DNA from: Candidatus Falkowbacteria bacterium RIFOXYC2_FULL_36_12 | GTDB taxonomy: Bacteria > Patescibacteriota > Patescibacteriia > UBA11705 | Direction: 5' to 3' | DNA: 64,000 nucleotides | Assembly: GCA_001778235.1 (NCBI GenBank) | Contig: MFGJ01000001.1 | Span: 5,152 to 69,151 of the forward strand | In this document: piece after piece, positions 56,938 to 64,000 of the stretch | How the letters are laid out: every line of letters starts with the position of its first letter | Numbering within the stretch: position 1 is the first letter of the stretch | Translations under genes and position numbers: made by a program | Notes under the pieces: generated by a model | Database searches by the model: none | What the model was told of the DNA's origin: nothing | What the model saw: the letters and a program-made list of their open reading frames with translations, nothing else

Positions 56938-59475
56938 TTACTCAACTGACTTGCCGACAAGAGTAACGCTAGCGACTTTGTCATCTGGATTCTTGAAACG
57001 CATGATATGGACACCTTGAGTGTCTCGACCAAGGACAGGAACTGATTCAAGTGGAATACGGATAAGCTGACCTTTTTCAGATATTACCATCAAATCCAAG
57101 GCCGAAGCGTCATCTTTATTAATCATAAACCCACGAACTACCTTACCTGTTTTGACAGAAACTTTCTGGGTTCGGATGCCTGAACCACCACGATTTTGGA
57201 CTTTGTAATAGGCTAGCTGGGATCTCTTGCCATAACCTTTTTCAGTAACAACAACGGTTTGTAGTTCTTTTTCAAGTTTTGGTTCAAGTTTAGTCAAAGC
57301 AACAACAAAGTCTTCTGGTTTTAATTTAATGCCTCGAACACCAGCAGCGGTCCTGCCCATTGGACGGACATCTTTTTCCCTAAACCTGATTGACTGACCA
57401 CGACTAGAAACTAGTTGCAATTCATGATTACCATTGGTTGGGTGAACCCATTTTAATCTTTCATCATCTTTTAATTTTATAGCAATCAAGCCTGAACGAC
57501 GAACATTGGTAAAGTCTTCAAGATTTGTTTTCTTGATGGTTCCGCCAGTTGTAGCCATGAATAAAAATTTGGCATCAGCGGTATCGCTATTAAGCGGTAA
57601 AATGGTAGAAACTTTCTCAACTTGTGATAATTGCAAGAAATTTACCAGTGAGCTTCCCTTGGCAGTACGAGAACCGACGGGGACTTCATAGGCTTTCAAT
57701 TGGAAGACTCGTCCTTTGGTGGTGAAGAATAGAAGATCGTCATGAGTCTGGGTTGTAAGTAGTGTGTCAACAATGTCTTCTTCTTTGGTTGTCAAACCAA
57801 TAACACCTTTGCCACCGCGAGCTTGGGTTTTGAAGGTTTCAGGTGGCATTCGTTTAATATAACCATCACGGGTTAAAAATATAATTGTTGGTTCATTTGG
57901 CACAAGATCTTCTTGTTTGAATTCACCGACTTCGCCAGCAACAATTTTTGTTCGGCGCTCATCACCATATTTTTCTTTTAAAGCAGATACTGAATCAGTG
58001 ATAATCTTCAAAATTTTCTTGTCTGAACCAAGGATTTCTTTTAATTCCTTGATTAAACTTTTCTTTTCTTTTAATTCAGCCTCAATACGAAGTCTTTCAA
58101 GGTTGGCTAAATTCTGCAGTCTCATTTCTAGGATTGCAATTGACTGAATTTCAGATAATTTGAATTTTTGCATTAAACTATTTTTGGCCTCTTCCCGATC
58201 TTTTGATTTTTTAATTAACTTTATAACGGCGTCAATATTATCAATGGCAATTTGCAAGCCCTCTAAAATATGAGCCCGGGCTTCGGCCTTTTCCAATTCA
58301 AACTGGGTGCGACGACGAACAACTTCTTTTCTATGTTTTAAATAATATTCTAAAACTTCTTTTAAATTCAAAACTCTTGGCTGAATGCCATCAACCAAAG
58401 CCAGCATATTAACATTGAAGCTGGTTTGCAAAGTTGTTAATTTGAATAAACGGTTGAGAACCTTTTGTGGAAAGGCTTCTTTTTTTAATTCAATAACAAC
58501 ACGAACACCATCTTTGTCAGATTCATCTCTAATATCTCGGATACCTTCGAGTCTTTTTTCTTTGACCAAAGCAGCAATTTTTTCGAGCAAAGTTGCTTTG
58601 TTGACTTGATATGGGACTTCATTGATAATAATCTGAAATCGACCTTCTTTTTCTTCAATAATTTCGGTCTTGGCTCGACAGATAATTCGTCCTTTGCCCG
58701 TAGCATAAGCACTCTTGATATCATTTATATTGTAAATAATTCCACCGGTTGGGAAATCAGGACCTGGAACAAACTTTACCAAATCCTCAATTTCACAATC
58801 AGGATCATTGGCTAAATAAGCAATCGCATCACAGAGTTCGCCTAAATTGTGCGGAGGAATATTGGTAGCCATACCAACGGCAATACCAGAAACACCATTT
58901 AACAAAAGGTTTGGAAGTTCAGCTGGCATAACCTTTGGTTCCTTTTGAGTACCATCATAGTTAGGGACAAAATCAACGGTATTTTTCTCAATATCTCGAA
59001 GTGCTTCTTCGGCAATTGGCTTCATCTTGACTTCAGTATAACGCATAGCAGCTGCGCCATCGCCATCCATAGAACCAAAGTTTCCCTGTCCATTTACCAA
59101 AAGATATCTCATGGTAAAATCTTGGGCCATACGGACCATAGATTCATAAACTGCGCTATCGCCATGAGGATGATATTTACCAAGAACTTCACCGACAACT
59201 GTGGCGGATTTTCGAAACTTGGCAGTAGATTTCAAACCAAGATTCCACATAGCATATAGAATACGGCGGTGAACCGGTTTGAAACCATCACGAACATCAG
59301 GCAAAGCACGCTGGACAATAACGCTCATGGCGTAATCCAGGTAACAATTTTCCATTTCTTCAATCAAACCTTGGTCAATAATTTTTTCTTTTATTATCTC
59401 CGGTTCTAGTGCTTTATTATCCTTCTTGGGTTTAGTTGAACCTGTTGATTTTTCATCTTTTTTCTTCCGTGGCAT
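56938..59475 (-). CDS. gyrA: DNA gyrase subunit A.
   Basis: Active-site region [11 protein letters not shown] with the catalytic Tyr, the QRDR-like region [17 protein letters not shown], and C-terminal beta-pinwheel repeats. 845 aa with a Lys-rich N-terminal extension. Confidence 0.95.
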   Translation of the reverse strand: MPRKKKDEKSTGSTKPKKDNKALEPEIIKEKIIDQGLIEEMENCYLDYAMSVIVQRALPDVRDGFKPVHRRILYAMWNLGLKSTAKFRKSATVVGEVLGKYHPHGDSAVYESMVRMAQDFTMRYLLVNGQGNFGSMDGDGAAAMRYTEVKMKPIAEEALRDIEKNTVDFVPNYDGTQKEPKVMPAELPNLLLNGVSGIAVGMATNIPPHNLGELCDAIAYLANDPDCEIEDLVKFVPGPDFPTGGIIYNINDIKSAYATGKGRIICRAKTEIIEEKEGRFQIIINEVPYQVNKATLLEKIAALVKEKRLEGIRDIRDESDKDGVRVVIELKKEAFPQKVLNRLFKLTTLQTSFNVNMLALVDGIQPRVLNLKEVLEYYLKHRKEVVRRRTQFELEKAEARAHILEGLQIAIDNIDAVIKLIKKSKDREEAKNSLMQKFKLSEIQSIAILEMRLQNLANLERLRIEAELKEKKSLIKELKEILGSDKKILKIITDSVSALKEKYGDERRTKIVAGEVGEFKQEDLVPNEPTIIFLTRDGYIKRMPPETFKTQARGGKGVIGLTTKEEDIVDTLLTTQTHDDLLFFTTKGRVFQLKAYEVPVGSRTAKGSSLVNFLQLSQVEKVSTILPLNSDTADAKFLFMATTGGTIKKTNLEDFTNVRRSGLIAIKLKDDERLKWVHPTNGNHELQLVSSRGQSIRFREKDVRPMGRTAAGVRGIKLKPEDFVVALTKLEPKLEKELQTVVVTEKGYGKRSQLAYYKVQNRGGSGIRTQKVSVKTGKVVRGFMINKDDASALDLMVISEKGQLIRIPLESVPVLGRDTQGVHIMRFKNPDDKVASVTLVGKSVE

Positions 59476-59546
59476 AAATTTATCAAATATGTATTTGGCG
59501 AACTAAAATTTTAGCTCAACCATTTTTGAGTTAATGTAAAATATTT

Positions 59547-59852
59547 TTATGGTGTTGGTAGAATATCTTCAGCTTTTATCTGACCATCGAGAGATGCGTC
59601 TGGAATAGTTGAATCCTCTGTAGTAGTCGAATCTTCGGTATTGAAAATAGTACCAAAATCTTTCAAACCCTGCTCCAAGTCCTGAATTGCTTGATCAGTA
59701 GTTTTGTCAGACTCAACCTTGAATTCATTATCAATCTTCTGAAAATTCAAACGGATGAAAAACAGCCAACCAACAAAAATTATAATAAAAACTAAAATTA
59801 TAATTAAAAGCAAACTTTTATCCTTGTTTTTGTTTTTGTTTTCTTGATCCAT
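59547..59852 (-). CDS. Hypothetical single-TM acidic protein.
   Basis: 101 aa. A Lys-rich N-terminus, a TM (LLLIIILVFIIIFVGWLFFI), then an acidic tail. Confidence 0.35.
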   Translation of the reverse strand: MDQENKNKNKDKSLLLIIILVFIIIFVGWLFFIRLNFQKIDNEFKVESDKTTDQAIQDLEQGLKDFGTIFNTEDSTTTEDSTIPDASLDGQIKAEDILPTP

Positions 59853-59858
59853 AAGTTT

Positions 59859-60518
59859 TTATGATTTTTCTAAAATAACAACTCTAATATTATCTTCGGG
59901 TAAATCTTTTCTGGTGATTTTTAATTTTGTTTCTTTGTCAGCCTTGCCACCCATTTCTTTCAAAAATTTCTTTTCATCGTCAATATCAATAGTTAATCCT
60001 GGAATTTTGTAATGCATTGGGATGACCATTCTTGGTTCAATTTGGCGAACAACTTCGGCAGCTTCAGCTCCATCAATAGTATACTTGCCACCAACAGGAA
60101 TTAGTAAAACATCTATATCGCCAAGAAAATCAATCTGCTCTTCAGTTAATTTTTGACCCAAGTCTCCGAGATGAGCGACGACTATATGATCAATTTCAAT
60201 TTTGAAAATTGTGTTTGATCCCCTTTCGGAGCCATTTTTCTTATCATGAAAAGATGGAATACCATTGATAAAAACTTTTTTTGTTTCATATTCTCCTGGA
60301 CGGTCAATAATAGTCGTAATCTCGTCTTGGTTACCAGTAACCTTCTCGGTATTATTGTGGTCAAAATGATCATGAGAAACAGTAACAACATCTGCTGAAA
60401 TCTTCGGTGGAAACAAACCAGTATCTTTGCCATATGGATCAGTAACAACGATGACTTCTTTGCCGTCTATTTTTTCACTAAGTTTGAAGGATGAATGGCC
60501 AAACCATGAAATATTCAT
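59859..60518 (-). CDS. Metallo-beta-lactamase-fold hydrolase (UPF0173-like).
   Basis: MNISWFGHSSFKLS start and VTVSHDHFDHNN metal-binding motif. The track start at 60638 would add 40 hydrophobic residues, so the ATG at 60516-60518 is preferred. Confidence 0.7.
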   Translation of the reverse strand: MNISWFGHSSFKLSEKIDGKEVIVVTDPYGKDTGLFPPKISADVVTVSHDHFDHNNTEKVTGNQDEITTIIDRPGEYETKKVFINGIPSFHDKKNGSERGSNTIFKIEIDHIVVAHLGDLGQKLTEEQIDFLGDIDVLLIPVGGKYTIDGAEAAEVVRQIEPRMVIPMHYKIPGLTIDIDDEKKFLKEMGGKADKETKLKITRKDLPEDNIRVVILEKS

Positions 60519-60709
60519 ATAAAATCTGCCTGTTATGGATAAATAATATGCTTGTATTTTAACAAAGATGTAAATAAATGTAAATAATGGCGGAATAGAC
60601 AAAACAGCGCAGAGCTTAATTTTGGCGGTTGTAATCAATTTTGACGGATAAAGGGTTAAATAAAAAAGCCCAGATACTATCTGAACTCTATAATTTTAGA
60701 TTTAAATTT

Positions 60710-61459
60710 TTAATCAACTTGGTGACGCGATTCAGACTTGACGGTATAATTGACAGATCCAAGCGACAATCCAAGATTGATATCTTGCCACATCTTACGG
60801 GTGTAGGCAACCGTCTCCGTCACCCAAGCATGGAAAACCGGGAGTTCGGAAAATACCGGAGTGACAGGAACACTAAACGGAGCGGTTTGGAAAACATCAC
60901 AGAACCCCTGCAAACGGGAGCGATAGTATTCCTGAATTTGTAAAGGTGTTCTGCCAATGTCCAGCAGATTTTTTACTATCTGATAAGATATATCTACATG
61001 GATCAAATAAGTAAATGCGACCCAGAATTTATGCCCTGATGAAAAATTTACTTCTTTCTGGAAATTGTAACTATTGGACAATGGAAGTCTGATGACATTA
61101 TAGTTCGTAAGCGAGTGAAAATATTTAGTGAGGGCTGAATCTGGCAGTGTCAGATAAAACGAAATATTACGCCTTTTATTGGCAAAATACCATAGATGAT
61201 CACCTGCTGGCGTTTCTTCATTCCCAATTTTAATTTCCGTGATGGTTGAAAGATCATAGCGGTGTAGCTTAAAGATAATGAAAACCTGCCAGGCGACATA
61301 GATAATGATGGGAATCAGTGTCAATATATTATACCAAACAAAAAGGAAAAGCATCAGAAAAAGTAAAACAATAGATTCGAGCAAACGAGCAATCCATCGA
61401 CCCCCAACAGAATAGAACTTAAATTTACTGATGTAATTCAATTTTTCCTGATTTGTCAT
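60710..61459 (-). CDS. Hypothetical membrane protein (2-3 N-terminal TM plus a C-terminal soluble domain).
   Basis: Start chosen at MTNQEKLNYISKF (ATG at 61457-61459). No family recognised. Confidence 0.4.
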   Translation of the reverse strand: MTNQEKLNYISKFKFYSVGGRWIARLLESIVLLFLMLFLFVWYNILTLIPIIIYVAWQVFIIFKLHRYDLSTITEIKIGNEETPAGDHLWYFANKRRNISFYLTLPDSALTKYFHSLTNYNVIRLPLSNSYNFQKEVNFSSGHKFWVAFTYLIHVDISYQIVKNLLDIGRTPLQIQEYYRSRLQGFCDVFQTAPFSVPVTPVFSELPVFHAWVTETVAYTRKMWQDINLGLSLGSVNYTVKSESRHQVD

Positions 61460-61830
61460 GATGAATTCATCTCCTTGTCTGTTTGGCGTTGTTTGTAGGG
61501 AACAATAATAGTTTATTTTATAATTTATTTTAGAATTTGTCAAGTCTAGCTGGTGATGAGTAAAAACATATCACGATTCTACCAATACTTGACATTTAAT
61601 ATAATTCATATTAAACTTAAGTCACTTATTTATAATCTAGCTACAAGCTAGACTTGCCCGAACAAGAATAAAGCGAGGTCAGCGAGTACAGCGAGTAAAG
61701 TTATGACTGTACTTGATCCTCCAGCTTAATCAATAACGGGCGGGTTAATCATTTATTTGGTAAATCCGCTAAAGGCGGAATTTTTATTACTTATTTTAAT
61801 AAAAGCTCTACGGATAGACCAAAAATTTAT

Positions 61831-63102
61831 ATGGTAGCAACTAAATCAAAAAAAATAGCCCAGAAAAAAGCTTTGCAGGAAAAAGACCTTAATTCAAAAA
61901 TGGCGCAACTTTTGGAAAAAGATATTACAAACTTCAAACCACTTGAAATGAATCAATTGGTAAAAGGCACTGTGATCAATGCGACAAAAACTGAAGTCTT
62001 GGTTGATGTTGAGGGCATCACTACTGGGATAATCCGAGGCAAAGAATTGTCTTATGATACCGAAGAACAACAGCAACTAAAAGTTGGTGACAATGTTGAA
62101 GCTACGGTGATTGATCTTGAAAATGAAATCGGCATGCTTGAACTGTCATTTCGTTTTGCCAGTCATCAGAAAGCATGGGAAAATTTGGATATATTCAGAC
62201 AAGAGAATAAAATTGTTAGCGCTAAAATTCTTGATGCCAATAAAGGTGGTTTGTTAATCACTGTCAATGGAGTAAAAGGATTTTTGCCTGTATCACAATT
62301 AAATCCTGAACATTATCCTCGAGTCCCTGGCGGAGATAAAAATAAAATTTTGGATAAACTGAAAAGTTATGTCGGAGAATCATTTGAAGCTAAAGTTATT
62401 GATGTTGATGAATCTCAAGAAAAATTAATTGTTTCAGAAAAAGCTGCCTGGGAAGAAACCCAGAAAGATGTCCTTGATAAATACAAAGTCGGAGATGTAA
62501 TTGACGGAACAATAACAGCTGTAACTGATTTTGGAATCTTTATTAAATTCGGTGAAAACCTTGAAGGATTGGTTCATATTTCTGAACTTGCTTGGCAGAG
62601 AATTGATAACCCAGCTGAACTATTCAAGGTTGGACAAGATATCAAAGCAGAAATTATCAATATTGAAGGCTCAAAGATTTTCTTGTCAATCAAAAAACTT
62701 CAGACTGACCCATGGACTGACATTGAAAAGAAATACAAGGTTGGTCAATTGGTAAAAGGTAAAGTATTAAAAGTAAATCCATTTGGATTATTTGTCGAGC
62801 TAGACAAGGACATCCACGGACTTGCTCATGTGTCTGAACTGTCAAATAAAACCATTACCAACACTGAAGATATTGCCAAGCCTGGAGATGAAAAAGAATT
62901 TAAGATTGTTTCAATAGAACCAAATGAACATAGACTTGGTTTGAGCTTGAAAGATCTTGAGGGAAAAGCGAGTTCAGCGAGTACAGTAAATACAGCAAGT
63001 AAAGATGCTGTAGAGGAGAAAGAGACTGAAAAAGTTGAGGATGTTAAGCAGAAGGAACATGTTGAAACAACTGAAGACGAAAAAACAGTAGATAAAGAAT
63101 AA
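61831..63102 (+). CDS. rpsA: 30S ribosomal protein S1 (four S1 domains) with a Glu/Lys-rich C-terminal tail.
   Basis: Repeated S1 OB-fold signatures (GxVxG…GLxHxSE…). The tail codons KASSASTVNTASK are encoded by an AGCGAG-type 9-mer repeat at 62966-63003. Confidence 0.85.
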   Translation: MVATKSKKIAQKKALQEKDLNSKMAQLLEKDITNFKPLEMNQLVKGTVINATKTEVLVDVEGITTGIIRGKELSYDTEEQQQLKVGDNVEATVIDLENEIGMLELSFRFASHQKAWENLDIFRQENKIVSAKILDANKGGLLITVNGVKGFLPVSQLNPEHYPRVPGGDKNKILDKLKSYVGESFEAKVIDVDESQEKLIVSEKAAWEETQKDVLDKYKVGDVIDGTITAVTDFGIFIKFGENLEGLVHISELAWQRIDNPAELFKVGQDIKAEIINIEGSKIFLSIKKLQTDPWTDIEKKYKVGQLVKGKVLKVNPFGLFVELDKDIHGLAHVSELSNKTITNTEDIAKPGDEKEFKIVSIEPNEHRLGLSLKDLEGKASSASTVNTASKDAVEEKETEKVEDVKQKEHVETTEDEKTVDKE

Positions 63103-63116
63103 ATTCTGATATATAA

Positions 63117-63143
63117 AGCCCCGCTGAAAAGCGGGGCTTTTTG
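63117..63143 (+). terminator. Rho-independent terminator after rpsA.
   Basis: AAAGCCCCGCTGAAAAGCGGGGCTTTTT. Confidence 0.8.
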
Positions 63144-63257
63144 GATTTAGTTTATACCTTGCCAATTAATCAAACAACATTGACAAAGTCTACTATTATT
63201 GATATAATTGTTTATCACAGAATCACTTTGACAAAGCAAAAGGGCAAGGAGAGTGAG

Positions 63258-63842
63258 ATGAGAGAAACACTGTCAATAATTGCAGGTATTTTATTCGTAA
63301 TTGGTTTTGTTCCTTATGTAATTGCAATCTTGAGAAAAGAAACTAAGCCGGAAAAAGCAACATGGATTATCTGGGCGACACTTGATTCTCTCACTTTGGC
63401 TGGAATGTACTACGAAGAAACTGTGAATGGACAAATTGTTGGGGCTGTTTTAGGAGTTTGGATTGTGGTGTTTTTTGCCATGAAGTATGGGACACCTGGC
63501 TGGACATTGCTAGATAAAGCATGCCTGATGGGAGCAGTGATAGGAATTGCACTTTGGCAAATTTTTAGTGACCCACTGTTTGGAATCATGACCAGTCTAG
63601 TCGTGGTATCTCTAGGCTCTATTCCGACCTTTGTATCAGCCTGGGAAGACCCAAGTAAAGAAAATAAGCTGGCATGGGTGATTTTCTGGGTTTCTAGTGT
63701 TCTCGCGGTGATTACTATCCCTCATTGGACGCTAGAAGATGCAGCCCAACCAATAACATTTTGCGTTGTTGAGTCGATAATGATGTATATTTTATTTTCA
63801 CGAAATCAAAAAACAATTTCAAAGACATCAGTAAAAATCTGA
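63258..63842 (+). CDS. Hypothetical integral membrane protein (about 5 TM).
   Basis: The ATG at 63258 has an AAGGAGAG RBS. The track start at 63141 lacks an RBS. Confidence 0.45.
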   Translation: MRETLSIIAGILFVIGFVPYVIAILRKETKPEKATWIIWATLDSLTLAGMYYEETVNGQIVGAVLGVWIVVFFAMKYGTPGWTLLDKACLMGAVIGIALWQIFSDPLFGIMTSLVVVSLGSIPTFVSAWEDPSKENKLAWVIFWVSSVLAVITIPHWTLEDAAQPITFCVVESIMMYILFSRNQKTISKTSVKI

Positions 63843-63900
63843 AGTCTTTTTTTATTAAAAAAATCAACAATGTTATTGCTGATTTGCTGGTGAGAATTCC

Positions 63901-64000
63901 TTACCCGTCCGAGTATTCGCGATTTGGATCCAAATCACTAACTTGTAAAGTATCTCCTGAAGGATTTATCGCCAACTGATTGTAATGACGAATAATACTT
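63901..64000 (-). CDS. 3' end of an unidentified gene that continues beyond the window's 3' edge.
   Basis: An open reverse-strand frame (…SIIRHYNQLAINPSGDTLQVSDLDPNREYSDG*) ends at a TAA at 63901-63903. Only 33 codons are visible. Confidence 0.25.
   Translation of the reverse strand, partial: SIIRHYNQLAINPSGDTLQVSDLDPNREYSDG

Overview
This is an AT-rich (~33% GC) window that looks like a Candidate Phyla Radiation (Patescibacteria) chromosome segment. Gene content: 1..6.6 kb holds a partial porG-like gene, a DsbA-like gene, secG, a family-5 solute-binding protein, RNase J and RNase P RNA. 6.6..24.5 kb is a cell-envelope glycosylation locus (WbaP-like phosphotransferase, three GT4 glycosyltransferases, a possible DUF4012 protein, a DUF11-like surface protein) interrupted by a five-tRNA cluster (Lys, Thr, Pro, an atypical Ser, Gln). 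25..64 kb holds two tandem TrmB regulators, then housekeeping genes leuS, rnhB, a SWIB protein, gdh, trxB, trxA, infB, ftsH, rpoC, rpoB, a MurE-like ligase, rbfA, nrnA, gyrA and rpsA. The most unusual structures, in order of interest: (1) the RNase P RNA gene carries a complete GIY-YIG nuclease ORF inside an expanded P3 helix, closed by a perfect 20-bp stem that pairs the ORF start with its stop. (2) A palindromic hairpin repeat (CCTGAAACAAGTTCAGG + GTGACAAGTGGG) forms an intergenic array and also sits in frame inside the MurE-like ligase, adding about 85 His/Cys/Pro-rich residues. (3) A hairpin-rich dispersed element of ~450-620 bp with GGGGG/CCCCC stems occurs twice; its small CCTGCCTAC...GGCAGGCAGG palindrome is also inserted into the terminal units of a 56-bp tandem array. 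(4) That array has six units, each carrying a DnaA-box-like TTTCCAC(G/A)A motif. (5) A split three-gene operon resembles a PEP-synthase / rifampin-phosphotransferase-type dikinase plus a histidine-phosphatase-like gene. (6) The tRNA-Ser(TGA) gene has an apparent ~32-nt insertion in its T-arm. (7) A 9-bp periodic AGCGAGNAC repeat family sits next to several gene starts. No CRISPR array, rRNA or transposase gene was found. The ORF track appears to allow TTG/GTG starts, so several starts were moved to internal ATG codons.
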